This document shows, in pieces, positions 1 to 12,005 of a stretch of DNA of 64,000 bases. The notes beneath the pieces were generated by a model. That model did no database searches and had not been told where the DNA came from. It saw only the letters and a list, made by a program, of their open reading frames with translations. A program made the position numbers and the translations under genes. The stretch's first letter is position 1. Each line of letters opens with the position of its first letter. This DNA comes from Raja brachyura (lineage: Eukaryota): positions 14,570,001-14,634,000 of the forward strand of contig OY740807.1 of NCBI GenBank assembly GCA_963514005.1, in the 5' to 3' direction.

Positions 1-300
1 TCCTTCTTTACCATCTATTAACTTGTTTTGGCACTGTGGAAGCTCTGGATATACACCCCAAAATCCTTCTGTACACCAGTGCTCTTAAGGGTCCTGTCAT
101 ATATGCCCATTTTTACTTGTCCAGATTAAACTCGTTCTGCCATTTCTCTGTCCAAATTTCCCAACGATCCACATCCTGTTATATCCTACGCCAACCTTCC
201 TCACCATCGACAACAGTAATTTTTCTGCTGCCTGCAAACTTATTAATTTCATCCAAATCATTTATATATATTACAATGATGACAGAGGCGGAAATCCTCT
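1..300 (-). mobile_element. Old CR1-type LINE RT fragment
   Basis: The minus ORF 179..448 contains IYINDLDEINKFAGSRKI, a decayed CR1 'IYINDLDE...KFADDTK' RT motif. Confidence 0.7.
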
Positions 301-589
301 TCTCATTAATAGAGTGCTGTGTATATTTGAAGGGCAGTGACCCGCAGAGCAACAGACCTGGTGCTGTAAGGTGGATTCTAGCCAGGTAATCTTTTTTTGA
401 CCAGAATGGCACCTTGGGATAAATGGCCTCTTCTGCGATGTAAATCAATGATGATCATGATTCTAAAGCGTTTTTTAAGATATTCTGAAAGAGCTTTGAC
501 ATGTCCAAGTTAATAAGTATTGTTTATTTTTTCATTCATTCAGATTGTGGACGATCTGTGACACTGAGCACCCAGTCATTCATCATCTT

Positions 590-690
590 AGTTTTCAATC
601 CTACTCATTCTCACTGTGTCTTCACCTTCCTGCACTGGCCCAATGATGCCCAACATAAGCATCTGCAGGACTTTCAGGTAACCGCTCTTA
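590..690 (+). mobile_element. Degenerate Penelope-like GIY-YIG C-terminal fragment
   Basis: FNPTHSHCVFTFLHWPNDAQHKHLQD resembles HFTSPSHSESDLSVLGLLHCQSVSHRKLEEQ of the Penelope copy at ~9.0 kb. Confidence 0.45.
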
Positions 691-775
691 TTTTGTTCTC
701 TCTCCACAGGTGTGGCTGTACCTCGGAATCAATGGTTTCTTATTTTGTTTCGGTCTCCAACTGCCAGTTTTTAAA

Positions 776-862
776 GGGCGGCACGGTGGCGTTGCGGTAG
801 AGCCTTACAGTGTCAGAGACCTGGGTTCAATCCTGATTACGGGTGCTGTCTGTACGGGGTTT
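776..862 (+). mobile_element. HE1-like tRNA-derived SINE, 5' head only
   Basis: GGGCGGCACGGTGGCG...GGGTTCAATCC (A/B-box-like), followed by the GGGTGCTGTCTGTACGG core shared with the other SINE copies in the window. Confidence 0.75.
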
Positions 863-2069
863 CTTCAAGCATTGACTCCATTCATCAAATGATATTGTTG
901 CGTAGAGAAAACACTCACATGTAGTGAGGAGTGCCAGGCTAACAGAATTATCAGCCAAAATAGCTCTGAGATCTTTAAAATCAGCATCACTCAGTGCAGC
1001 AATCAAATAGCCTATGGTGGAAAAACACTTGTGTTTTTCGTTAGATGAGTGCAGGATTATTGATACATTCTGACTATAGATCAGTGGTCTAGGTTTATTC
1101 CAGCAAAATTCTGTGAAGAAACGACTGAAGAGACAACTGGAAATGTAAAGAAGCTGGACAACGCAAAGATTTATGGGTGTGGGGATAAGGAGAAAAAAAG
1201 ATTTGGTTTGCTAAAATGGAAAGCTAACCTTTTCTTGGGGTCAGAAAAGAGGTCTGTCATATGGAGTATTGAAGTAGAGATGGCCACCCCTCCCCTCCCA
1301 AACCCTGCTCCACTCTGCGGCTCTATTTGTATTTGTTTTCAATCAATATGGTTTTCATCGACTTATTTCAGTGCTGCCATATGTGATCTGTATCCTGATA
1401 TAATGAGGCAGAGTGGAGTAAAAGTAATTTGAACTTTTGAGCTAGCATATCTGTCGCCCGTTTACAAACTGTTTAGGAACTCTAAAGGCTCACTTCTTGC
1501 ATTATTGATGAAGAGTTTAGAAGCGCAGATGTCACAAATGCTTCATTTAACATTCTGCAGGTTTGCAAGCACCACTGAATTACTGGCTTTTCGAAAAAAA
1601 AAGCACGGCAAAACAAACAAAATGTTGAGCCACGTAAACCAAAGTGGGGTCTCTGCTCTGAGCAAGAGCCCTCTTGATTGGAGAGGAAGGCATTCTTCAT
1701 TACATTATGCAGTACATGCTCCTACCAAGCCAGGTCCCCTGCAAAGTTAGCTTGGTAAAAGGCTGGAGTGTGTTTACAGAAAACGCCATAATTAAAGGTG
1801 GCTCATGACTTCCTGAACTGTGGCAGTGAAGCTTGAACCATTTATGAAATTCAGTAAATTGAAATTATTTCATAATTCAAAATTCACCCAATTTATGGAA
1901 AAACAGAAATGAATGGAGTCACATTTCACTTCCTGTTGTTTTGAACAAGTTTGTAGCTGGAGAAAAGCAGGGTTGAGCAACAAAGGATGCACAGTGAGTG
2001 TTGTAGATCCTAAGATCTAGCTTGTTTTTTTATGATGCTATCCCTCGAAGTTCAAGAACAATGTTTTCA

Positions 2070-2903
2070 AGGCAGGTATTGCAGTTAATATGTCAAACCA
2101 GGGTAGGAATTACATGGCAAATGATAGAGGCCTGGAGAGCACTGCTGAACACACAGTACAAGCGAACAGTTCCCTGAAAGTGGCGCGTTAGGTGGACAGT
2201 GCGGCGAATAAGGCTTTAGGCACACTTGCCTTCATTGGGAAGGGTATTGGGCTCAAGGGTAGGACATCATCATGAAGCTGTACAAGTCATTGGTGAGACC
2301 ACACTTGGAGCAGTGTGTGCACTTCTGGTCGCTCAGCCAGAGAAAGGATATCATTAAGTTGGAAAGTATACAGAAGAGATGCATCTGTTACCTGGGCTTG
2401 AGCTATCGGAAATAGTTGGATATGTTGGGGTGTTTTTCTTTGGATTATAGGAGGCTGAAGGGTGATTTTATTGAGATGTTCAAGATCATGGGGGGCATGG
2501 ATAAAATAAACGCTCAAGCCTTTTTCCAAGGTTAGACGATTTTAATACTAGAGGGCAGAGGCTTAAGGTGAGAGGTGAGAGATTTAAGAGCGTCCTCAGG
2601 GGCAACGTTTTCACTCACAGGGTATTCAGTATCTGAAATAAGCTGCCAGACGAAGCTACAAAAGTGGATAAAATTACGACTTTTAAAAGACATTTGGACA
2701 GATATATGGATAGAAAGGAATTATAACATAGAGGGGGATTAGAACATAGTCCATGTGCCTATTCAAAAGGGTTTAGCAGGCTACGGGGCCAATGGCAGGC
2801 ATATGGGATTAGGCCTGTATGCCAACTTGGTCAGCATGGACAAGTGGGCCGAAGGGCCTATTTCGATGCTGTATAGCTCTTATGATTCTATAACTCTATG
2901 ACT
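2070..2903 (+). mobile_element. CR1/HER1-like LINE, 5'-truncated 3' portion
   Basis: Decayed C-terminal ORF2 (LYKSLVRPHLE..V.FWS), a 3' UTR ending GGGCCGAAGGGCCTATTTC and an ATGATTCT/ATGACTC-type tail; colinear with 19337-20155. Confidence 0.85.
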
Positions 2904-3099
2904 CACTCACGCCTAACTTGAAAGGCAGGACACAATTGGTTATAAAGACTCTTGGTTTGATTTTGTCGCAACATAATAACATTTATTATCACTTCAGACA
3001 ATATTTTACCTTTATAACTGCTCAACTACTATTAATTTATGAATACTCAGGAATTTAATTGTCATAACCACTGCGATTTTTGATGCACTGCAGTCTCTT

Positions 3100-3420
3100 C
3101 ATCACCACATCGCCACCGTAGACAGGTGCCCTTGGCATTCCCTTCCTGAAGTTAACAATCTTGATCTTGCTAAGTTGAGAGCAAGATTGATGTTCTGGCA
3201 TTATCTATTACTTTTCTCCAGAGATGCTGCCTGACCTGCTGAGTTACTCCAGATTTTTGTGTCTATCTTTATCAATCGTCCTCCTGTATTCCGACTCTTC
3301 GTTATTTGCTATCCCTTCAATGACAGTGGTATCATCAACAAATTCAAAGATAACTTTACGGCTGTAGGTGGTTACACAGTCATGGGTACAGAGCGGGGGA
3401 CTGAGCACGCAGCTTTGAGC
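3100..3420 (-). mobile_element. Rex1/Babar-like non-LTR RT fragment, interrupted by a Penelope-derived short insert (~3205-3270)
   Basis: The reverse complement reads GCVLSP.L...FVDDTTV, matching the Rex1-like copy at 50360 (GCVLSPLL...KFADDTTV). Confidence 0.6.
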
Positions 3421-4299
3421 GTCGATGAGAAATTCATCTGTATTGCCATTACTAAATGCTCACATGAGTATCAGCTGGTGGTTGGAGTTGCCCTGACACA
3501 TTCATTCCACTGAAGTCAATGGGAGAGAACATGCAGAGAGGAGTGCAACTGGTGGTCAATGCTCATGCATATGTTTTGCATCAGCAACCAAAGACAATTC
3601 CCTCCCCTTGGGATCCCTGCTGGAATAAAAGTTGATTTCACTGAAGCATATAGGATAGCGTTTCTCTGTGCATTTTGCTAAGAAGAAAATTACTCCGTGA
3701 TATATTGAAAGAAGGGCATGAGAAAATGGTTGGTAATGGTAAAAGATAATTTTAACTCTAATTACTAGGAATTTATTTTTTGATTCAAATCTACAAGTGA
3801 GGTAATTAAGTATGTCAGAGAGAGTGCAGGATTATTTCGATACAAGGTAAACAAAATGGCCTTTATAATATATTAAAAGTATTCTATATTTAGCATTGTG
3901 AAACTGAATGAGATACAGTTGTATAACCTTATTTAACATGTTCTTTACAATGTTTGTCTCTGAAAAACATTGATTTTTCAATTGCAAATGCTGAACAATA
4001 ATGAAACAGAATCCAGTTTCTAGTTAATTGTAGAGGGTTGATTTGATTTAGGAGATTCAAAGAAATTGACCGGGTATTCAAGACAGATGTTGGTAGGTTT
4101 TTATATATTAGGGGAATGAATGGGCATGGGGTTAGTGCAGAAAGGTGGCATTAAGGTAAAAGATTGGCCATGATCTTACTCAATGGCATTGAAGGCAAAT
4201 GTGGATGAATGGTCTTCTCCTGTTTCTATTATTTATGTTAATTCAGAAGAAACGGCAGATCATTGAAATGTGGAACTTTCTCCAACAGAAAGCAAAAGA

Positions 4300-4428
4300 G
4301 AATCAGAGCACCCAGAGGAAACTACTCAGTCTCAGGGAGAACATGCAAACTCCACACATAAAGCACCAGAGGTCAGGATTAAAAACTAGGTTGTTGCACA
4401 ATTCTACATGCTGTGCAATAGCACTGCC
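4300..4428 (-). mobile_element. Partial HE1-like SINE
   Basis: GAGCACCCAGAGGAAAC...GGGAGAACATGCAAACTCCACAC...GAGGTCAGGAT is the reverse-strand SINE core. Confidence 0.65.
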
Positions 4429-6149
4429 CAATTCAATAGTCCTGAGTATGAAAAGATTGGGGTCAAACACTGAACCTGCTGTCACACCACTAGTCCTAGC
4501 CTCCTAAAACTAAAAAAATGACCTGTTTATTTCATTCAACATCTTCTGAGTGCTAATTAATTTCCAATCCAATTTCCAAAAACACTTGTGTGGCACCCAA
4601 TTAAAGGCCTAACAATGGAAGTACATCAAATTCCCCTAATTTGCTGGTTATAATTTCAAAACATTTTAACAGATTTTCGAAACAAATGTTTAATAAATTT
4701 ATACTGAATCTAGCTTATTATTCGATAATTGCTCTGTTATTGTAGCAGCATAACAGCTCTATAAACACAATAGCCATTGATAATATATGATAAACAAAAA
4801 TTCCATAAATTAATAAGCTCGTTACTAGTTTAAAAAAAAATTGCATTTGTCCTATCATAAGGCAGTCCAAAGTTGAGGTTAGTTTTGTGCAGTATTCAAG
4901 AGCCTGGGAAGAAGCTATTCTTGAACCTGGTGTCATGGTTTTCAGACCAGTTTGGTTGTATGGCTTAGTATTCATGAGACTTCCCAGTATTTTCAATGTT
5001 ACCAAAGCCTGCTGCATGTGATAGGACAGATGCAATATTGTAAGATCAAAATAGCAATTATTTTGTCTCCTCTATAAAGTGACATGTTTATCTTATGCTT
5101 TCTGACCAGTTTGATTAGGAAAATTAGATTGTGAAAATCGACATCTATGCAGAATGCCAGATGTTGTGTCTTCCCACGATGGCAATCTCGTTGTTTGGAC
5201 ATTTAACTTGTAGATTCCTGACTCTTGTCTCGGGAATGCCCACATAAGACTTTCCTCTTAGCCCTCAACCTTACATTCTCACATGGTGATTTTGTGAGAT
5301 TCCTTGGTGGTGTTGGTCAGTTTGAGCTTTATTCCAAATATGGGTTGGACTTTCTCCAAACCGCAATCCAATTCAGTCTGATTATGCATCAGAATGGCTT
5401 GATTTGGTGCATTTATACAACAGACCATGAACAATTCAGGACACAACTTACTTTTCTGCAGTGAAAAGAATTTTTAAAAATAGATTCTACAATATATTTT
5501 TATAGGAACTCTGCACCACAGTATAATTGATCGATTGGGTTTATAGATGCACAACCCAATACTTATCACTCAACTGATGTTTTTATAAAGATTGTCTTGA
5601 ATTTAACACTTTGCAGTCTGTGGAAGAGTTTACTGTGTGAAAATTGGCTGAGATATTTCTAACATTTATAAAAGCAACCAGTAACTCGACTATCCTTTAT
5701 AACCTATAAGTTAATATATCTTAAGATAATATTATTTCAAGTTATTTGTATTCTTATTAGTATCAATCTCACTACTACTCACCTTCTCAGTCTCAGTTTT
5801 CTTGACAGTCTAACAATAAATTTAAAATTTACAATATGTTGTTTTATTACCACTTGCAAAAATGTGTGTGCGTTTATGAGAGGGGGAGATAGGTCAGGAG
5901 GGATGTGGAATTTAACAAAACCACTTAAAGATCAAAGATGTCAATCTAAAATAAAACCGGAGAAGATTTAGCAGCAACTGAATTGTGGAAATATTGGGAT
6001 AAGGTGTGGAACTTTCATCAGAGAGTAGGAAGGTTTTGATGAAGTCCTAATACTGCCAGTTTGCCACTTCTGATGGAATATCGTGCTGCTTTTTATTTAT
6101 ATTTCTTTTAATTGAACAAGAGAAACACAGCTAATTTATTTTAAAAAAG

Positions 6150-6250
6150 TATGGATCCATGTTCTCCAGAGATGCTGCCTCACCTGCTGAGTTACTCCAG
6201 CACTTTGTGTTTTTTTTTGGTAAACTGGCATCTGCAGTTCTTTGTGTCTC
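6150..6250 (+). mobile_element. Penelope-derived short element (terminal arm without hammerhead core)
   Basis: TCTCCAGAGATGCTGCCTCACCTGCTGAGTTACTCCAGCAC...GCATCTGCAGTTC matches the reverse complement of the Penelope terminus at 8567-8690. Confidence 0.7.
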
Positions 6251-8566
6251 CATTCCAACGTAGGAGACGAAAGACAGAGGTTAAAGTGGGAATAGGATGG
6301 TGAAGTAAAGTTCCTTGCTTCGACACAGCTAAAATTAATTTATCTGAAGAAGCTCATTAGGATAACTGGAATGAAAATGGGTTGAATAAGGAACCGGGTG
6401 TCTCTGTGAGTCAGCAGCCTTGCGTCGACTCAGGAGCAGTGGGCTGCAGGAGTAAAGTGAAGTTTTTGACGACAGTAATCACAGGCATCTGTCAGGCAGC
6501 AGACTGCAAAAATAGCAGCAGCTGCAACTGCCTTCCACCAATCCACAGGCGCTTGAACACCTCCCAGCCAATTACCAGGTGAGTGACTGCACAAACATGG
6601 AATTATTGGTTCGGGTGGATGCTAACACTCATACTGGCTTTTCCTTCTGACTGCACATACACTCTTCATCTCTTCCCCCTATTTCTCCTCCTTCCAGGAA
6701 TGGGTACAATAGCAAACACCTGATAACCATCTCAACCTGCACTTCTGCACAGGTTAAATTGCTACCACCTTTCTGCAGGCAGCCGTTGCAATTTACTGAA
6801 TAGCACCATAACTTCAAAAGAGCCCAAAGCCTCACACACACGGCTCTTAGATTTAACCCCATGGTTACAACTCATAACTTAAAGAACATTTCAAGTAAAA
6901 AATGAAAGAAACCGCAGAGTATTACGCTGTGAATATGAAGCAAGCTCTTTGGGCTAATCTCTGACCTTCAGTGCATGCTGTACACGATGCCTTTCAGTGC
7001 CACCATCCTTAATAACATTTCCATTCTGTCTTAATTTCTGCTTTCTGGACCTTTTGACAAATACATTTTGTTAAACTCAGATGGAAAACTTGAGGAATGA
7101 AATAAAAGTTCAAAATTTCAAAAATGTGCAATGCTATATTTTATGTGAAATAACATGATTTTTATCTTTTTCGGAAGTCCAAACTATTCTGATTTTTATT
7201 GTTCTAAACAGGCATAGGGATACTTGGTGAAGAGTTAAAAAAAAGTGGTACTGGTCTATTACAGCATGTGTCTTTTGAACATCTGGTTTGAGCCCGAAAT
7301 TTTGGAGTGAATTGATGATCATTGTCATTTAAACATGCTTGTGGTGCTAAAATGGACACCTGTGGTTCAGCACACATGCACAGATTAGGAGCAACTGCTC
7401 TGAAGTATTAAAGATGTAGGTGTGCTGGCTGCCACATAGGGGAAGATAGCAGACAGCATTTTAGATGTGGAACCAGAAGTCAGGGTGCAGAGGTGTCCTG
7501 CCCCTCTACTCCCTTTTGCTTTCGGCAGTGGGTGATGCTCAGTTGGCACTCGTCTCCTTTTCTTCCTCCGGTTCAAGAAGGAACACAGTAAAGTGCCCAT
7601 GGCCAAGCATTTATTTTGGCCTGGATTATGTCATGAGGTTTCAGATCAACTATGGAAGAAAGGCACTAACTCTTTCATGGTCAAATTCTCAAAGAACATC
7701 TAGGAAACATTGACACAGTGTTTCTGGGAAGTCCCATGATACCTCCATCATAATAATCCATCTCCAGTGACAAATGAACAATTCTTAATTTGTCATTTGG
7801 ATTTGAAACTGAGCAACAAGATATTGCAACAAAGTTAATTGAAAAATGTTAAACTGAAAATCTTCAATGAAGTAGCCTGGTTATGGCTCTTTCAGAAATG
7901 CAAGAGTTTTCTCACCTTCAAAATAGTATTGTGGTAATTTAGATAACTTGAAATTTAACATGGTGACCCTAAAATGATAAGATTGTTGCAACATCTCATC
8001 TGGTTCAGGGAAGAAAATATGGGCTCCCTTTGTCTATGGTTCATATGATTGACTTTAATTGCCTGTTGAAGTGAGCATTAAAACACTCAGTTTATGGAGG
8101 ATTAATAGATGGTAGTAACCGCTTGCTTTACCAACCATGCCACTGTTCTGTGAAGGAAGCAGTGGATGGGGTTGATGGCTACAAGAATTATCAAGTCAGT
8201 GCAACTTCAATAACTTGATATCAAATATAATTAAGTATAAAGTTATTCAGGGCCAAAAAAAGAACTTAGCTGGAGCATTATTTAGGCCTTCTTTTTCTGA
8301 AACTGAACATCCTGTATCCCGAACTTTCTGTTATTAATTTGGTTAAGACTGTTGTTTACTTTGTGCGAAATTGTCATCCAAATAATGACGCACGTACCAC
8401 TTCCATCTCCTGAGAAACCACCACCAGTTGCCAAAGTAAAATCTGCTAATTTCAGTTCCTCAAGAAGTTTGCATGTCAATGTTTAATCTTGTAGGCCCTC
8501 TCCCAGATTAATGATCAGAATGTCAATCAAAATGTTTGACATGGCCACCTTGCTCAATTTATTTAA

Positions 8567-10075
8567 GAAAGAACTGCAGATGCTGGAAAAATCAAAGGAA
8601 GACAAAATGCTGGAGAAACTCAGCGGGGGAGGCAGCATCTATGGAGCGAAGGAATAGGTGACGTTACAGGTCGAGACCCTTCTTCAGACTAATGTGGGTG
8701 TGGGGGAGGGGGGGGGCGGGAAGAACAAAGGAAGAGGTGGAGACAGTGGGCTGTGGGAGAGCTGCGAAGGGGAGGGGAAGGAGGGAGAAAGCAAGGACTA
8801 CCTGAAATTGGAGAAGTCAATAGACAATAGGTGAACGAGTAGGGCATTCAACTCTTCGAGCCACACCACTATTTAATCTGATCATGGCTGATCTTCCCCA
8901 ATCAGTACACAGTTCCTGCCTTCTCACCATATCCCCTGACTCCACTATGTTTAAGAGCCCTATCTAGCTCTCTCTTGAAACTACCCAAGCACAATATGAG
9001 GGGCTGCTCCTCCAATTTGCGGTGGGACACACTCTGGCAATGGAGGAGGCCCAGGACAGAAAGGTCGGATTCAGAATGGGAGGGGGAGGTGAAGTGCTGA
9101 CCCACCGGGAGATCAGGTTGGTTAATGCGAACTGTGCGGAGATGTTGGGCGAAGGGATCGCCAAGCCTGCCCTTGGTCTCACCGATGTAGAGCAGTGACA
9201 CCTAGAGCAGCGGATGCAATAGATGAGGTTGGAGGAGGTGCAGGTGAACCTCTGCCTCACCCAGAAAGAATTGGATCATTGGACGGAGTCAAGGGGGGAG
9301 GTAAAGTGGCAAGTGTAGTATTTCTTGCGGTTGCAAGGGAAAGTACCAGGGGAGGGGGTGGTTTGGGTGGGAAATGACGAGTTGACCAGGGAGTTACAGA
9401 GGGAGTCGTCTCTGAAGAAAACTGAAAGGGGAGGAGATGGGAAGATGTGGCCAATGGTGGGATCCCGTTGGAGGTGGTGAAAATGTCGGAGAATTATCTG
9501 TTGACGGCTGGTGGGGTGGAAGGTGAGGACAAGAGGGACTCTGTCCTCGGTACGAGTGGGGGGGATGGGGAGTGTGAGCGGAGCTACGGGATATAGAAGA
9601 GACCCTGGTGAGAGCCTCATCTATAGTTGAAGAGGGGAATTCCCGGTCCCTACATAATGAGGACATCTCCGATGCCCTAGTTTGGAACACCTCATCCTGG
9701 GTGCAGATGCGGCGTAGACAGAGGAATTGGGAGTAGGGGATAGAGTCCTTACGGGAAGCAGGGTGGGAAGAAGTGTAGTCCAGATAGCCATAGGAGTCAG
9801 TGGGTTTATAGCAGATGTCAGTCAGTAGTCAGTTACCTGCAATGGAGATAGTGAGGTCTAGAAACGGAAGGGAGATGTGGGAAATGGTCCAGGTGAATTT
9901 GAGTGCCGGATGGCAGTTTGTGGTGAAATGGATGAAGTCAGTGAGTTCTGCATGGGTGCAGGAGGTAGCACCAATGCAGTAGTTAATGTAGTTGAGGTAG
10001 AGTTCGAGGATAGGGCCACGGTACGTCTCGGACAAGGATTGTTCGACGTACCCCACAAAGAGGCAGGCAATAGTC
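8567..10075 (-). mobile_element. Penelope-like retroelement (RT + GIY-YIG endonuclease + 3' terminal repeat), decayed
   Basis: Minus ORFs: ACLFVGYVEQSL...YLNYINYCIG...HPALKFT...LPFLDLTI (RT, with YIDD decayed to YINY); RVPLVLTFHP; FTCTSSNLIYCIRC..LYIGETK.RLGDPFAQH (GIY-YIG). Frameshifts and stops throughout. Confidence 0.92.
8820..8980 (-). mobile_element. CR1 LINE 3' end nested in the Penelope element
   Basis: Reverse complement of TTCAAGAGAGAG...GGATATGG.GAGAAGGCAGGAAC...GATCAGCCATGATC; same tail as 42090-42250. Confidence 0.85.
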
Positions 10076-10335
10076 AGAGGTAACGGTGAGGCAGCGCGGT
10101 TCGGCGTCATCGGTGGGCAGGTGAAGGTCGGCGGCAGCGGCCACGTGGAGAACGGCGACGGCTTCGGTGGTCCGGGCCTGAGATTGCTCAGGGAGGCGGT
10201 GAGTGTTGGTGCTGGTCCTCGTGGCAAATTTATCCTCTCTTTTAATCTTGTGATCCCATCAGTTCCTTAGAGAGAGACTTTTATTGAAATAAAGTCAGGA
10301 GACTTTCATTGAAATAAAGGTTGGACTCTGAGGAA

Positions 10336-10389
10336 GGGGTGGAAGATTGCAACCTTCACATGGTCCGCCCTGTTTCGACTAATGCAATC
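10336..10389 (+). ncRNA. Predicted minimal HDV-like self-cleaving ribozyme
   Basis: P1 GGGGTGG/CCGCCCT (G1-U wobble), P2 GATTGCA/TGCAATC, P3 ACC/GGT, L3 TTCACAT, and J4/2 CTAA with putative catalytic C10379. Folded by eye. Confidence 0.72.
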
Positions 10390-10493
10390 GACTCGACGTG
10401 CACAAACGGAAGATCAAATAGAACAAGTTGTCCAACAACTTTAGGCTGTGCACGCCACACGAAAGAAGAAGAAGAAGAAGAAGAAGAAGAAGA
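10336..10493 (+). mobile_element. Short non-autonomous retroposon (SINE-like) with 5' HDV-like ribozyme and (GAA)n tail, copy 1
   Basis: TSD CTGAGGAA at 10328-10335 and 10494-10501; (GAA)n tail; near-identical to 57298-57500 and starts at the same nucleotide. Confidence 0.85.
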
Positions 10494-10615
10494 CTGAGGA
10501 ACAAGTGAAAGATTGCCACATTGGAATCCTGCCCTGAGGAGAAGTATACTGATCTCCGACCCAATAGCCCTCAGTCCCAATTTATTCATTGATATTGTTT
10601 AAACAAACATACTTT

Positions 10616-10708
10616 CTGAAGAAGGGTCTCGACCCGAAACTTCACCCATTCCTTTTCTCAGATGTTGCTTGTCCGGCAGGTTACTCCAGCTTTTTGTGTC
10701 TATCTTCA
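10616..10708 (+). mobile_element. Penelope-derived short insert with hammerhead-like core
   Basis: CTGAAGA-A-GGGT-CTCG-ACCC-GAAA-CTTC followed by the Penelope terminal arm. Confidence 0.75.
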
Positions 10709-10889
10709 CACTTTTAAAACCTTTTTAATTTCTTGCCAAATCCCCCGCCCATCCATCAGTCATCTCTGAACTGCAGGATGATGGTTACATGCCTCAGACA
10801 GTACAAATAAAATGCAGCAGATGCCCAGGGGAGAAAGAATGATCATTTCAACAATGTTGATCATGATTTCATTATGTCCTAGATTGTTT

Positions 10890-11200
10890 TACATTTCATG
10901 TGGTGCTTTTGTAGTCATTGGTGTAAAATAAAAAAATAGCAGCCAATTTGCATGTAACAAGCAATGATGAAATAAGTGATCAAAGATCTGGTTTGAGTTG
11001 CTGATTCTGGGTTAAATATTGAACAAGTGCACCAAGGGAACAACATGGCTTTTGGGTTAATGACATCTCGGGATCATTTACAACTACCTGAAAAGATTGA
11101 TAGGCCCTTGATTTAACTTCTCAATATGAAAGGTAGCATGTTGGATCCTGCAATGCTACATTGTGTTCAAGACTCTGAAGTGAGAGAGATTTGAACTACA
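10890..11200 (-). mobile_element. Ancient Deu-type SINE (SacSINE1/AmnSINE-like), degenerate
   Basis: GCAGCCAATTTGCA...GGGTTAAATATTG...GGGATCATTTAC...GATTTAACTTCTCA resembles the reverse complement of the Deu core; related to 31190-31555. Confidence 0.55.
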
Positions 11201-11329
11201 GCCTTTACTCACCATGTAACAGTCAGTCGACCTCTTAGTGTTTGATATCATCATAGTATGTTCATTTTCATTGATACTAACCAGAGAAAATTTACTTTTG
11301 TACAGTACACATTCATTTATAATTTATAT

Positions 11330-12005
11330 TTGCTAGAAGGCCGGATTGCAAATAGGAACTGGTAAGAATGAAACTTGACATCACTTGTGGACAGAGTGGA
11401 GAGGAAGACATTCACCAGTAAGGGTATTGAAAATAGAACTTGGGATTTTATGTTGCAAGATGTTAGCGAGGCCACACTTGGAATATTGTGTTCAGTTTTA
11501 GTCATCCTGCTATAGGAAAAGTACCATTAAGTTGGAAAGAGATCAACAATAATTTACAACGATTTTTGCCAAGTCTCGAGGGACAGAGTTATAGGGAGAG
11601 ATTGGGCAAGGTTGGACTTTATTCCTCAGATTGTAGGGATGATATCATAGAGGTGTACAAAATCACGAGGAGCAGAGATAGGGTGAATACACAGTTTTTT
11701 CTCTGGTTGGAGAATCAAGAACTAGAGAGCATTGGCTTGAGGTAAGAGGGGAAATATTTAATAGGAATCTAAGAGGTAACTTTTTCACCCAGGGGTTGGT
11801 ACGTGTACAAAATGAACTGCCTCAGGAAGTGATTAAGGCAGGTATAATAACAATATTTAAGAGACATTTGACAGGTACATGGATAGCAAAGGTTTTGAAC
11901 GATATGGGGTAAACACAGATCTTGCTTACATGGGTATCTTGGTTGGCATGGATGAGTTGGGCTGAGGGGTTTGTTTTCTAGCTGTATTATTCTACGATGC
12001 TATGT
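11330..12005 (+). mobile_element. CR1 LINE 3' portion, degenerate
   Basis: ORF 11488: RFLPSLEGQSYRERLGKVGLYS...DIIEVYKI; CR1 3' UTR follows. Confidence 0.8.

Noticed and set aside
776-862. tRNA gene (also considered for the other SINE heads)
   Set aside because: The A/B boxes run directly into the SINE core and there is no complete cloverleaf.
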